From the NCBI GenBank assembly GCA_040954595.2, contig CM082589.2, positions 4,912,213 to 4,976,212 on the forward strand: 64,000 nucleotides of DNA. Reading direction: 5' to 3'. Below are positions 24,884 to 40,400 of this stretch, in pieces; position 1 is the first letter of the stretch, and each line of letters opens with the position of its first letter. A program made the position numbers and the translations under genes. The notes under the pieces are model-generated. The model was not told the DNA's origin and made no database searches. It worked only from the letters and a program-made list of their open reading frames with translations. This DNA comes from Balanoglossus misakiensis (Eukaryota; Animalia; Hemichordata).

Positions 24884-27800
24884 ACTTTTTTATTTACTCT
24901 TATCAAGAAACTTCAGTGAAAATTTGTCTTTGTTTTCTTTATTTTTTTATTTTATAGTTAATTGGCGTTGGATGTGCCTTGTCCATAAGTGGTAACCTAC
25001 TGATTAGCATATCACTGAACCTACAGGTAATTGCTTTGAGCTGGACCCTACAACGACTAGTGGCCAGTTCCGTTTTCTGTTAACCTCTCATTTTGACAAG
25101 TCTGCAATAAATGTTTGTCACATTTTCAGTTTACCTACCATAATCTTACAAAGTTATCTGTGATTGGTTAAATTCTTCATTTTGTTTTTTGGACCAATCT
25201 GTAACTTTGTGCTACAGAAGTACAAAAAGTGTATGCATGAAATTGAATTTTTGTATATCTTTCTATGTGCTACCGGTGGGCCCAATGATGAAGCAATTTC
25301 GCAAGTAAACGAATTTGCATTTTGTTAACTGAACACCTGGTGAATTTGCCGCAAATATTTTGCTGCAAATCTGCTGCAAATGTGAGGAAAATTTGCAGAA
25401 AGAGTTGCGGCAAGAAGCCGTACTTGTTGGCACAGAAAGCAACAGCATGCCATTTAGAATTATTTCCATGTGAATTAATATTTTCTTTTAATTTCATTAC
25501 AGAAATATGCTCACATGAGATTAAAGGCCCAGGGTCGGCCCCTGGATGAACACACACAGAGTAAACTATGGTGGCTGGGAGTTTTCCTAATGGGTTTAGG
25601 GGAAGTGGGCAATTTCATGGCATATGGATTTGCCCCGGCATCCATGGTAGCTCCCCTGGGAATAACAACATTGATATGTAAGTATTATTTAAAAAAATAC
25701 AAGCAGAGAAAGAAAAGCACCTTTATGAACTAAAAACCATAAGTAACCAACCATAAGTAACATAACATCACTAATGCAAACATGCAATTAAATTCTTAAA
25801 TTGGAAAGTATTTTGATTGTTCTTCCCTGATACTTATGACCAATAATTTAATTTGTACCCTCAGCCAGTGCAATTATATCTGCTGTATTTCTGAAAGAAA
25901 AGATTGCCTATCGAAACATTTTTGGTAAGTACCATGATATCGATGAGTGGATTTTATTAGTCTGCATGAGAAAATTTAAACGGTCATTGGTGTTGTGCTT
26001 GTTGTTTATCTCTTTGTGTATTTTTTTAAATGTAGGCATAGCATTGGCACTTTTGGCAGCTGTCCTCATCGTTTTGTCATCATCATCTGTAAGTTCGCTA
26101 CCATATGAACCATAGCAAGCAAGCTACCAGTAGCACAAACAGTATGACATGTACCAATGAAGTTAATGTTTATTTGAAGACTTTTTGAAATAATATGTCT
26201 GGTATGACCTATGAAGAATACTACTCACATTACAGTAAAACATTTTAATGTTTATAGATTTGGAAAAAAAATTAGTTTTGTTTGGCCTTCTAATTCTATT
26301 TAGGTGTAGCTGTTCAGTTGTATGTAATTGATTGTTATTGAAAGAGCTGTCATGTCATGTGTGTACATGCCAAACCCACAGAGTCATTTTACATATTAAC
26401 TATTTTTATCCTCTTCTTTCAACAAATGACAGCAATGCATTATTTTTTTTTTCAGACCTCTGAATCAATAATGACTGTTGAACAGTTTTTAAAGAATCTT
26501 CAGGAATGGCAAATTGCTGTGTATTTTGTGAGTGAAATATATTCATTCTTATGTTATTGTACATGTATATTAATCTCCAGACATCTGCATGTGTGTTATA
26601 GTCTCACAGGGAAAGTTCACTGATCTGCTGGGCCAATCACATGAACTGAAATGTTAAAATTATAGCCAAAAATATAGGGAAACCTCCACCCCATGTGCTC
26701 ATCTTTGTGCTTCCAGAAATTGCTAAATATCTGTGTGTACAATGTTCTGTGCACTGCCAATGAAATATGCTCAATCACTGGTTATTCCAACTCAATTCCC
26801 ATATATGGGTATAACAGAGAATTCTACCTGCTATTATAAGAAATATGAGTGACTTTGTCCCTTGTGTGATATCATTTTTTGCAGACATTTGAGGTTTTCT
26901 TACTCATAGGATTGCTGATTGCCATATACGCTTATAAAGTAGCACATGTTGTTGTGTACCTACTTGTGTGTTCAACATTTGGTAAGTAGATCTAAGAATC
27001 AAAACCTCCTATTGGAAATAGTATGTCTGAACATTTGCTAAGGATTGGACGCAACCTCATTGTAGAAAAGTGTAATTTCCTTCATTGTCCCTCAAAGCAA
27101 GTAATACAATTTAATGTTCAAGATTTGTTAGGATGTCAGATTGGTAAATTGAAAGTATTGTAATCTATTTTAATTACAGATAGTATATTTTTTCACTTTG
27201 AATTGTATTTTTTTCCCTTTGCAGCATCATTCACAGTAATTTCATGCAAAGCTGCTAGTGGGATGTTTACACTAACACTATCCGGCAATTCACAGCTCAA
27301 GTATGGAACTTTTTACCTTCTTATCGTCGTGATGGCTGTCACTGCCATTCTACAAGTCCAGTAGGTATTCCTCTACTTGGTGGTGGTGGGGGGGGGGGGG
27401 GGAAAGAAATTTACAAATAATTACTGAAGAAAATGTCACCTTAAAATTTACCTATTATGGTGACTTTTATTCCAGTTTCCTGACAAAGGCAATGCAGGCA
27501 TATGAAGCAAATGTGGTGGTGCCTATATATTTTGTTTTATTCACACTAAGTGCAATAATGTCCGGTAAGTCAATCACACTTTTTTGCTGTTGATCAATTC
27601 AGTTGGCTCTGTATCATAAGAATCACAGCAGTAGAACAACTCTAACATGCCAATAGACAAGTGTAATTACTTAACCAAAAAAAAAATTAACTTAATAGTG
27701 TAAGAAATTGCAATATTGAGATAAAGCTTATGAACTTCCATGCATGAAACATGGCTGAAATCAACCATCCCGAAATTCTGTTGTACATAAGATTTTTATG

Positions 27801-28602
27801 CTCACCAAAGAGCCAAAAAACAGGTTCTTTTGTCCTGTAAGCACTACTTATTTTGTGGGATTGAAATACTTCTGAAAGTGCTAATGTCTATTAACCATGT
27901 TGGGAAATTGAGTTTGTTTTTCTTTAGTATGAGATTAAATAGTATCTTATTTTTATTCCATTCTAGGTATAATATTTTATCATGAACTGGATGGTATGAT
28001 TGCCTTAAATATTGTTTTCTTTTTATTAGGGTAAGTTACTTGCAATGAGCACAATTTATTATTTGGAATTGGCAGTTATGATTTTCTGCATAGAGAGAGC
28101 TGTTGGGAAAATGACAGTTCATTGGGAAAATAAGAAATACTGCTTCATTGATTATATAAGATGATATATAAAGACTCTCTCTGACATTCTTCTTGTTCTA
28201 GGTGTGTCTTTGCGTTTGTAGGAGTGTACTTTATATCGGTGGGTCGGACAACATCAGATGAAGACAAAGCTGAAGATATTGCTGTGATAAACAATCAAAC
28301 TCCAGATGGTAAGTAATAATGGTATAATTATCTCGACTGCCACAACATTCTCACACAACAAATCATGTTGACTTCTTTGGGACATTCAAAATGAGGTTTT
28401 TCCTTTCATGTTTCTATAATTATGTGTCTGTCTACTTTTGTACGTTTTTCCTTTCTTCCATTCAACAGAAACTATTCCAAATTCATTAAAGATAAAAGAA
28501 GTACAACCTCCAAATATTATGACATCAGATGACGCACAAGTACCACTTCTGATAGAGGGCCCTGTTGAATATGGCTCGTCGAACAAAGTATGCAGTTCAT
28601 AG
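23523..28602 (+). CDS. NIPAL2: NIPA-like magnesium transporter (NIPAL2/NIPAL3 type, DMT superfamily), ~359 aa, 12 exons
   Basis: Exons 23523-23546, 24958-25026, 25503-25677, 25865-25924, 26036-26088, 26456-26527, 26885-26981, 27225-27360, 27476-27564, 27967-28030, 28202-28308, 28469-28602; 1080 nt in frame. Motifs GNLLISISLNLQKYAH, LWWLGVFLMGLGEVGNFMAYGFAPASMVAPLG, FLKEK, SFTVISCKA, KAMQAYEANVVVPIYFVLFT. The first and last exons are less certain, and NIPAL2 versus NIPAL3 cannot be resolved. Confidence 0.9.
24814..24880. repeat. (TAAC)n microsatellite
   Basis: About 16 consecutive TAAC units in NIPAL intron 1. Confidence 0.95.
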
Positions 28603-31600
28603 TGCAAAGATTATAACTCATCTTGCTTGGTGTCTTTGGTACAATGAAAGTGCCTATTACAGATATTTGTTGGTATCTCATAGCATTGCTAATATATAAA
28701 GAACTAATTAAAATTCTATTCTGTAACAAACTATTGATTTGTCCAACAAAAAGTCACAAGTTTGAGTGATAACTCAAGAGATGGTAATTATGCATCCACT
28801 CTGTACATACGAAGGTAGTTCCATTGGCAAAGCATAGATGGCGTCATCATGTCTTCCCATTTGTAGATCTGGATTTTTTATTGGACTGAAAATTCTGTAA
28901 ATGACCCGTGTGAACAGAAATTACACTGCGTGCAGATGGTCATGAAGTTATCAAACACCAACCACATTGTATATGCACATGACTAGCAGTCAATGTCCCC
29001 TTAGCTCACTGATTCGCATTTCACATTACAGATACGTTTTATCCTTCTGACATTGTGTCTGTCCTATAGAAAACTTGTATGTGTTGTTATCTTTGTCTGT
29101 TAACTTTAATTTCTTCATTGTTTCAATCCAAACCTGGAACCCAGATACACGAATTCCTGCATACATTGGAATTCTTAGAACTTTCTGGAACACTCAATAG
29201 TGACATCTCTGACACTGACAAGAAATGAGGTAGGCATTGCAGCCACATGACATGAAGTTCATTATGCCCAGTGTCTTTGAGAAGTGCAATTCTTGCATGT
29301 CAAGTCAATGATCAATCCTTGAACTGAATGTGTTTTGATAGACAACCTATTCTGTACTTGCACACATTAGAACCGCAAGTGTCTATCAGCATGTGAATCT
29401 GCCTCTGTAGGTATGTTCCATTGTGGTGTTGTCACTTGATACTGATTGTATTGACCGGTTCTAGCCTCAAGGCAAATCTATTGTTAAATATTTGCCTTCA
29501 GTTGGATCATGCCAAGCTTGAAATTGCCACAGTAAATCATTATCCATGGATGTTATGGTCTGGCTTTGAGAATGCAAACATTTTGTTCTTCATTTTGCCA
29601 TGTCCTGATTCTGATCAGAGTTTGAGATCCATTCAATAATACCAGTACATATGTAACAAAGAGGGCAATTTTGTTTCATATAAAATGATCAACAATTTCA
29701 AAGGACAAAGTACTGTAGTATCTTAAATTCAAGTGACATATTCAGACATATCAATAGTTTGCATCTAGTGCTATAAATTTTCTGATACAAGCATAATGCT
29801 TTCGTTATATTTTATCAATATCAGAGTAGATATGAAAATATGTTTTCACGAAATGTAAATATTTTAGAACGTAAAAAGCGTGGAATAATATGGCTGTACC
29901 AACATTGAGCTTTGTGCTATCGCTGGAATTAATTCTCAGCTGTTTAGATAACTGAATCAGGTTCAAACTGTATGAACTGACCTTCAACTGGTCGGTTGCA
30001 GCAATAATTACTTTGATTGCTATACATGTCTGAAAAACAAGACATATAAATGAATAATTGTAATAGATATTCGTGTCATTTGTACTGATAAATATGTCCC
30101 AATGGCAGTGTCGGTTTGACAATACTAAGTGATAGAACATCAAATTAACAAATATTAATAGACAAGACTAATTTTACAATGTAGTTAGTGTCATCTATCA
30201 TTTAATTTAATTGAGTATCTAAATTGCACTTACAGAGCATATCATTAGAGCTTTGCAGCCAAATGGATATAACTGAAAAACAGGTATCATTACATGTAAA
30301 AAAATCTCAAATAATAAGAAAAAATTTGGTTCTCAAGCTAAGACAATCCTAATTCTGCTCTGTTATCATACACTCTGTATATTTCAGAATGTTAGACTCT
30401 GTTTTGTTTGCTAGATATTAGAACCAGGACTATAGAATTAAAATTGCAGTTTCATTTCATAAGGCCAAACAAATTCATGGTGTGGTCCCCTAACCCATTT
30501 TTTACCCACCCTAATCATCCACCATTTTGTTGTTTTGCAGTGTCAGAGATAACTTATGAAGAATTGTACATCCAAGATAGAGTCACCGATGAAAGAGAAC
30601 ATTGAATGAAGAACCAAAAAGTTGAGAATCACACCCGTAGAGAAATGCATGCTTGTATAATTATTCTAGGTTCACTTGATATTTCAGTTTGTGATGTGAA
30701 GTATTAAGATTTTAGACGTATCAAGTATCTATAGACATACTATATTTTATATACACATTTACTTGCTTGGCAATATTTTAGCAGCAGTCTTCATGCACCG
30801 GTAGTTGAGAATAGCTCAGCAAGAGCAAGATATAAATAAAATTGCATTTATATAAGAAGATGTGTATTGTAGTTATTCTGCACTACCAGTAGTAGTAGTT
30901 ACTCAATGACATGGGTAGACAGAAGTAAGATATCTCTAAGTAAACTCAAGATGTACATTTTAATGTGAATGTTTTGCAGGCACAAAGTCATGGCTCCTTT
31001 TAGGTAATTATGAACCAGTTAGGACATTGATATCTGTATGACTTGCCTCCATTCAAGAAGATGTTTGGAGCTTAACTGCATGGACAAATGATTGAAAATA
31101 AAGAAATTATGGAAAATGCTTTGAAGTTGAATAACGCACATAAAAACTAATGATAGTTAATGAACTATACATGCATCATTTGCGTCAGGATTTTTAAACA
31201 TATTGTATTATTGTTAAAATAAAAGGAACTTATATTACAGGACTTCGAGATTTTATTGCAGTGTTTACTCGGAATAAAACAAGCAACTGTGGATCACCTG
31301 TATTTCATAAGCCTGCTCAACCACCTCTCATTTAGTACCATCTGGTTGAAGTGATATACACAATGTGCAGTGGTACATACAGATATACAAGTACAAATGT
31401 ACATGATCGCCATAATTAAACTGTTTGTTTTCAGAGTGGCACAGTACACAATAGTACTGTATGTGCTGGAAGAAAACTGTGTTGTGTGGTAACAGATGCC
31501 AAAACCTTGTAAGTGTCAAGCTTATGTTTTTTCCTCCTTTGAAAACCTTGATTTGTGAAGAAGGCATCATGTCTGTTTAAAAATAATGACATTAACACAA

Positions 31601-34404
31601 TGAAGTTCTTTGTATAATGGAACTTTTGTGTGAAATGAATTTTGTAATTCAAAATGTCAGCATATTTATCTTCTGCCTCGATTAGTTCTGATATAAATGG
31701 ATACCAAAGACAATGATTTGTTTCCTCGATGATATGAGAAACATGACCTTAATTATGTGTAGCTATGGTGATGGCTATACTAAAGGTAAAGTTATTATGT
31801 ATAAGCATATTAGTACAGTAATCAGTCTGTGTAAATTACCTAGCACCTGTCAATTGTACTGTATAACGACAGGCGCTGATCCACGGGTAGGTTGAACCTC
31901 GCACAGTGTTAAATTCTGTCAACCCAACCACTACCTCTCTACAAACATACATACATGTTCTACAGAAATATATTATTATTACCAATGTTAATGACTTTGT
32001 GCCTTTTTCCTAGATGCTCCTGAATCAAAAATCTATCTGTGAGGTTTCCTGTCCCTATAGACTCCATATTAATGTCCTATTTATTTCAATTAACATTCAA
32101 CATGAACTCAATTAATATTTATCATTACAATGGCATTCCATATTAGTGCACTAGCATGAATGCTGTTATCCCGCAGTGCACTCTAGAACAACTTGTCGCC
32201 ATGATCCCAAGAGCTCACAAGGCCCCACTTGTAATTTACTGTGTGTTAACAGGTATAATTCATGGACTCTTGACAAATTGAGTATTCAGAGGTTACTCGG
32301 ATCGAATGTATATGCTTTAGTATCAAGCAACTCGAATCAGTGTACATCAAGTTTTGCACGTTTCATCTGGCCGCATGTTTTTTAACCTCCCCAGCGTCCA
32401 CTTCACTATGGATGTTTATAATTCTGATGCCTTAAAATAGAATCTAACATATATTCTTTAGATTACCAGGAGACGAACGAGTCAGAAGAAGTTATTGAAA
32501 GAAATTTCATCGAGAGTGTGGAACTAGGCTTACATTTGTATACATTGTGCAATACAACATTGTGCAAACGCTGTAAAACACATTGTATGCATTGTTACCG
32601 CTTCTAAAACCAGGGCCGCTTTCAGTAATTCACAGCACAATGTTTCTGACTATCGAGTTAATATATATATATATATATATATACTTTTCCCTCAGGAGAG
32701 GAAACTGGTTACAAATTTACCGTACAATATTAATTAATAGGATAACGTGAGAAGTGTTCAATTGAGAACACAGTATGGAGATTTTCAGATGGACAAGTGA
32801 CATCTTGAAAATGATTACCAGAGAATGTGACAAAAGTGTCCCCATACACAAGCCTTTCTTTTTAAAATACAACTTAAATAGGTTAGGAGAGCATCGACCC
32901 CGTAAAAAAAAAAAAAATTGCAGTTGTCTTCGAATTAAATGGTAAAATAGGTTGTCATGTTTCCAGTTTGAAAGTTAACACGCAATTTCCACCATATCAT
33001 ATTAACATTGCAATGTACTTCATTGATCGAGATTTATTTCATTATTTCATCCCCTGTGTGTCGATAAATTTCCTTCTCTTGTAAAACATAATAATTAATT
33101 TATGGTAGTACTGCGTTGAAAAAATTAAACACATGACATGAACTGATTGTATTTTCCCTGAAATGATTGGAACTTTCCATCTGTGTGCCTTGTGTTAAAA
33201 GACGCTAATTACTGTAACGACACTCTACGCCTAACCTATAGAACCAAATTGCAAAGCACCACCCGGCCAAGAACGAACAACGCAGAGTTTCGCCAAGGAC
33301 GTGACATAGGTAGGGTTATGTCGAGATCAATAGCTAAATTATCTGTAGACATTGGGGATTGATAGATGGGACTCTAGAAGCCAGTTAGCCACAAAGACCC
33401 TTCGGCTTTGAACGCAGCGGTTGTCCTGTCCGCTTGTATTGACATTTTGAGTTAAGTACAAATTAATGATGACGCTTGCTGGTATTTAAAATTACTATTT
33501 CACCTTGGAACTAACGCAGTTTTAATACAGTACTCAACCACAAAGTCACGTGTTCCCATTCCCTAAAGAGTTAGACTGAGTATCGGCAAAGAGGCAAGAA
33601 GTAATGTCAGGTAGTTCGAAAATAGTAATCCAGCCCTGCCCAAGATGGCACTTGGCATATAGAGCAATATTTTTAATGTATTGCTTCTGGCGTCTATTTA
33701 AAATAAATCCAAATTATCACAGAACAATGTAGATTATTCTTGACGACAAGTGTGTACAAATTCTCAGACGGATTACTTACCAACTGTATCTATGCAAATA
33801 ATCCTTTCAAAGATATGATAATACTACATAAATATTCTTCTGTATCACCTCGCAGCTTTGGTGACATGTGTATTCTGGTATACATGTACATGAACATGTA
33901 TACCAGATACATGTATGTATCGCGAAAAACCTGTTAGGTCTTACACCTTCATCGCTTCATAACACGACTTTATAGTTGGAGCTTCGAAGACATTCTCCAG
34001 AATGGTTACCCCCGAAGATTGTGTCGGTGATATATTTAGCACGGTGAACCCATTAGCTGTACTCTTCCGGCCATACATCTCTCCGATATTTTATTTACTG
34101 CATTGGAGGAGAGGAACGCGTAGCATTTATATTCCCCAGGTGTTCATAAAGGCGAAGAAAATGGACAGACTTCCATTAGGAATCAGAATGCCGAAATCGA
34201 TTTGACTTCAAGAAATATAGTTGCATTACAGCTACAGACAGGTAACACCCACCGTCGAATGGGAGAGTCCTAACCACGTGACATTCAGCAGGTGTTTTTA
34301 GTGGTATAACTGCGCCGAGCTTGGCGGATAAATGTAAATTCGCCAGCACAGGTACGGAGCAATACATCAAAGTTGTCCAGACTTCCACAGACACGGGAAT
34401 AGTC

Positions 34405-37400
34405 ATGGAAACGGGAATAAGCCACAGCCAACAGCGGCCTGAACTGGAGAATATATTTCTGAGCGCCGTTGAAAAAGGGGAGAAGAAAACTGTTCTGGTG
34501 GCTTTGCAGCACGCCGCTTACTTCAACGTGAACTGTATAGACTCAGATGGACGGACTGCGTTGGTTATTGCTGTACAGAACGGTAATCTAGGTATGTGTC
34601 GTTTGTTATTGGTTTAATGCACAGAAAAAATATAGACATCTTCAGGGGGAATTTGACATCATCATCATCATCATCATCATGCAGTGAAAAATGACTACAT
34701 GGCAGTTATTGTGATGATGTGTAATATGTTTGTCTTTACTTATTTTTTTTAAGGAAGACTGAATGATAACTTCGCATATTTGTGCAAAACACGCAAAAAG
34801 CAAAAACGAGAAGAATCTGTACCCTTAATGAATACTGCGCATCCTTGTCTCAAGTTTCGCAGCTAGCAATCAATCATGCACACCGCCCCAAGAGCTTCCC
34901 AATACACAGACACTTTCTTGCAGAACTCTGAATTAAGGTTGTCGTTAGAAGCGCTGCGAATGTTCTTGTAATCGTCAACCTCGGAATATTAACCAGCGAC
35001 ACTTGAGTTGGATATCCATCGCGTCGAGACACTTGCGTTGAATGGCGCAACGAGCATCGGATAAAAGTGCAATTATCACCAATTAAAATGAGAACAAAAA
35101 CGCCGACTCGACTGGTGTTTTCTCTTTTAACTGATGTACATGTAATTAACGGTCCGCTTCGGTATCTGTCGAATTGGAAAAGCTTTTGACAATCGAAACA
35201 CGCAATCATTTGTATCAGCAAGGCCCCTGCTTCCCTAAATGTACACGAGCTGTACACGCGACAAATCGCAAATACTATCAGAATAATGTTTATGTCTAAT
35301 CACCAAACATATACACATTCTACCAAAGAAATTTAAACTTTAAGCTTTCCCCACGGAGAAAATTGTGATGGCCTTTTTGCGACTGGAATTCTTTCTCTCG
35401 CTAAGTTAATGTATGTAATCCATGTTTTATCCTGTCCATATGGTGTACCGGTACCTCTCTCTGTAAGCGGTCGAAGACAAATCTTGGTTTTATTGTGCGT
35501 TCAAATTAAGAGACATATTGAATAACACGTCTGGCATTTTTGTTATAACATCCTCTGACGTAAGATTATGCCAACAAATGTAACAAGACACTAACTCAAC
35601 TTCCGAGCGTTAGTAATGCATTGCCCTAATACACTCGTTTTCACGTTTTCTTTCATTTCCGAAGTCTATAAATTGTCTGAAAAAAGGCCACCACAAAGAG
35701 CGGTTTACATAATCAATTCAACTTGTTCTCAGTATCCATGGTAACTATCAGGAATTTTAATTCGCATGTGTGATTACCGGGACACTGTAACTACTCTACT
35801 TACGGTCGCTTAACACGGAGTGTCATCAATCCTACAGAAAAATCAAGAATTCATCTTTTCCACACTGCTTGTCCTTAGCTATGGCAATCACAGATTCCAA
35901 ATAAATTTACATAAGTCACCATATGTTTCTTTTGTTGTGACATTTTAACTGCTACATGCACCATAAATGTGTTCTGAGACCAATTTTATTCACACCAACT
36001 AACACTAGAGCTTATATGGATAATGTGCGAGATTGGTCATACATCATAACATGTAAATTTTAGTGACCCCTACTTGACCTTACATCCTCGTACTTCCGTC
36101 GATATAAATCCATCATGTTGTCTAAAATCTCTACAAATCTCCACAATCGCAACTGTAGTAAATAAATTATGTACTGAATTACCAAAGTGACTCCTTTTCA
36201 ATGAACATTTTACACGTTTCCTGTTCCAAAATGTTGAATTTTGACAACCACATACCAACGGAAGTTCGTGGATGTAGGATCGTACAGGGGTCATGAAAGT
36301 GACCTATTGCAATGTACAGTATTTCCTTCCTTGTACACATTGGACATTGCATAATGGCATTCTTGTCCGCCACTCTTTTCAGTGTCACCCTTAAGGGAGA
36401 TACCTTTGAAACTTCTTGGGCGGAAAAAGTGAAATTCAATGCATGTATTCAATGCATATATAAATGGCACAGAGACTGTGTACTTTACCCCCACATCATT
36501 ACAAACCCATCTACACGATTGAGGTAATTGTGCGCAATGGATGACTAATGGAAGACACGCGCAAGACGTACTCCCTGAAGAATACTTGGTAGATTAGATG
36601 CAGTGTAAAGCACGCAAAGGCTTCTGTGGAACGTGTTAATAGCAAATACGGCTCTCCAGATAAAATTTGCAAAATACTATACACTCTTTGCTCATTAGCA
36701 GTTTTTGCATACACCCGTAAAATGTAAATATATACATGCATCTTTATGCAAATTATATGCACAGTACACGTGTTTTCTTCTGAAATCTTCAGCCTCTATT
36801 ACATTTTATGGGTTATATTACAATGAGGCTGGCGATCGACATGACAATTTTATCGGAGATATTCAACTTCGACACGACCTCGGAGGCAACATAGTTACAT
36901 TATTAACCGTCCATGCACGAACACAATTTGTCAGGCTACTTTGTTTCCCCTCGTATACGGACTCGATACCGAACAACGTCGTAGAAAGTTATCACGAGGA
37001 TAATCTCCCTGCTTGATGTCGAAGTTGCTGAGAATGAAATTTTATGACTATTGCATGTGGTTTCAATATTTATTACTATTTTCATAGGGAAGAAGTGAAA
37101 GCGTATGGGTATGTGGCTTTCATGTGATGTTTTCCTCTTGCGTTCGCAGTAAAATGTAAATTGCAACCCAAGATATCTTGATTTGCAAATCGGCAATTTT
37201 GACCTCAAAGTTTAAACACCTATTTTCACCTTATCTTAAGCAGATGCCATCTGTCATAAGTTGATCCTCTGGGATACATTTTGGGATTAACGCGCATTCA
37301 TTCTGTTAACGTCAAGCTTGGTTAACAGCCAATTAAGAAAACTAAATCCGATGATTATATCTTAGAAGGAACTGATCTGGATGTTGTTCTCGAGGCGACG

Positions 37401-40400
37401 ACATTCAAAGCTGGAAAGGTTCAATGATGACGTGCTTCTGATGGTCATTTGAAACAGATTAAAGATCACAAGTAGCCGAGTATTGAATTTGAATTCACGC
37501 CCTGTAAGAGTGTGTGACCGATACACATCGACTTGCATTGGTACAATACGCAGAAATGCCATGCTCAATTTTATGCCACATTTATCATGCAGTCAGGCAA
37601 AGAACCATCGATTACCTACGGATTAACAGCTATCTCTGCATGACGTGGGTACCCGTCATAAGAAATGAAACACAATGCATGTTGATATGAAATTAGCCAA
37701 GGCTGTAGAACACGTCCCAAAAATAAATAATAAATCACAAAGAGGTCGTGGGACGTAATGGTAATATATACTGTATGTTAACAGTACCCGTTTAGCTTTA
37801 AAAATGTATTATTTTACTTGTTGAACTTAACATTTTATGATGTTTTCCGAGTCTATTCAGTTTCACCCTGTCCAGTGATTAAGCGGACAGCCATTAATGC
37901 CCGACTTATTTATAACAACTCAAAACCAACAGTAAATCTCAACGTGTTACCATGGATTTAGGATTCAATTTACGCGTCCACTTCGCTTCGCTCGTGTCCC
38001 AAGTGGTCGACATATAAACGTAACGTTTAGACTTAGGGGAGAACCATTTAATTTCTGCTGAAAGATAGAGAATGTTTGGAAAAACTGTTGGTAGATGGTG
38101 CCAAAATTTTCCACCCCAAGAATAAAATGTTTCTCCCCTAAGACTTAGTTCGTGTACAACGCTGTAAACCATTGACTGTAACCTCCAGCTAATCTCCCTG
38201 CCTTTAGCTGAAATGGCTTTTAGAAAGTACCCATTTCCAGCTGATAATAAGCCTTCGTATCACGACCAATTAAAATCCGGATAAGACTTTCCCAGCCGTG
38301 GGGCATCTTCAGATTTGTATTAACTCCCATAAAACCTTCAGTCCTGTCCAAAGCTAAACTCACAGGCGTCGGTGATTAGTAGTACGAGAATACTTTCAAC
38401 ATTTACAGGGTTCTGTAAATATTTGCTTTATTCTAGAACTTTAAAAGACTGAATGCCTGATGTAATCATGAAGCATGTATAATTTGCCTTTTAGTTCCTC
38501 AGACGCGCTCTCAAGCGTGTATCCACTGCCAGGGAATATTGAGTAACAGCTGCACTGCGCAAGCAAGCAGTAAAAATAGATAGTGTTTATAAACGCCAAA
38601 TATAGCCGGGTATGAGGCTGTGACGAAACTCAAATTATCCCTCATGAAACTTTAGCATGCCATGTTTATTGATATATATGACAAACATAAGGCAAAGCCG
38701 AGGTGTAAAATTGATGGGAGGTAATATTTAAATTGAAATATAAACGCAAGTTGAAGGTACCAATTTGGAAGATGGCGTGTTTATGCAGCGTGGAAGATTA
38801 ATAGTCGCGTTAGTATTACCCAGATGTTTTCGTAACGGCGTGCTCAATAAACATGTCAAAGCATAATTCACTTTGACATCCATCCCGACATTACCTTTGA
38901 AGGGTAATTCTGAGACGGGGTGTATAGTGTGTATTTCTCCCAACTGAATTCGCAAGACGGTTGGCATTAATTATTTTCTCGTTTGCTCTGTTGTATCAGC
39001 TTGCTCAGATGCAATATGTCGTTATGACACCTGTCTGATTGATTGGCATTGATGGGATTTGCTAAATACAGTGTATCAATAGATGCCATGATATACGATC
39101 TCCGCTATGTGTATCTCACAATATAATGTACGACTGTGGCATAACCTCATCCCGTGTTCTGTTTTATCTGTCACGGTACTCGTCTTGCCAATATCAAGGT
39201 ATCTTGTGGGCGCTAAGTCTGATCCACGCGTACCCCCCAAAAGTCATGAATCCAATCAGACACAGCCGACCATGCACAAACACGACTATACTAACTTTAT
39301 ATTCCGCTCTACTTTTGTATTGAGCACTTTGTATCTGACAAGTCGAACCGCATATTCGTATATATACATGTATGTATCGAGGTAGGTATATGCAGGTGCG
39401 TATTTATGCTTGCCTAATGATTCGCAGAGCAAATGAACGATGGTCTGAAAAACTTGCATTACCTCGATTAATATACTTCTTTATCAATACAAACATTCTA
39501 TTCAGAAAATGTTTCAGGTAACAGGAAATTGTGTTGAAAATAGAAAAAAAAATATATTGAAGTAGTCCAGATGTCACTTGGAGTTATTACCATTCATTAC
39601 GCTGTATGAAAACATTAAAGATTTTTTTACTTTTTTATAAAATCAGGAAATGTTCATTATATTCACGATCAAATCACATTAAACACCGCGTATTTGTGTA
39701 TCGATTTGACTTGTTGAAGTAAAATGAAACTGCAATTCCTTAATTAAAAGGTGTCCGGAAATTACATTGTACAGTAAAAATTTATAAATATAGTTAAACT
39801 ACTTTATCATTTTGTTGTGAAAGAAAATAAATAGTCGTAACTGGAATTTCATCGAGCAATGTTAGGAGAAATATGTCATATAATTGTCAGAGAAATGCGT
39901 TTAAATTGCGTTTTCCAGGACCAAATAAAACCTTACTCATTCAATGAATGTATTGATTTCTCCAATTTGGCGGCAGAATTTACGGAAAATAATTCTACGG
40001 TTTAAGTTCCCGTTAGGTAAAAAATTAGACCTCATGTATCTTGATGAAGGGACTAGTTTAGGGATAATCTTTCTTTAAGTTAGTTTATGGTACCTTGACT
40101 ACTGTTTGCAACAAGCCGTTGCAATAGCAACACGTAGCTTGTTGAGCCGGAAATGATGCCTTCACATCGGCAGCTGAGACTTGAGCAAGTTGTGCCGACA
40201 GAGCGTCGTTGCCGTAGTAACGACCAATGATTTAAAATAAACGTATATGCTGTTTTGTCATATGCTATTTACTACACTAGCATATGCGCGATAATTTTTA
40301 TTGCAAAGTAATTTGAGTCCATGTTAATTTATTGCACCGTCGATGGACATGGATGGTATAAATGGTCGGTGCCAAGTTTAATACTTAAAACATAATAACT

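Noticed and set aside
25274-25460. Cluster of TTTGC/GCAAA motifs in NIPAL intron 2
   Set aside because: Probably a decayed repeat. No ends or second copy in the window to define it.
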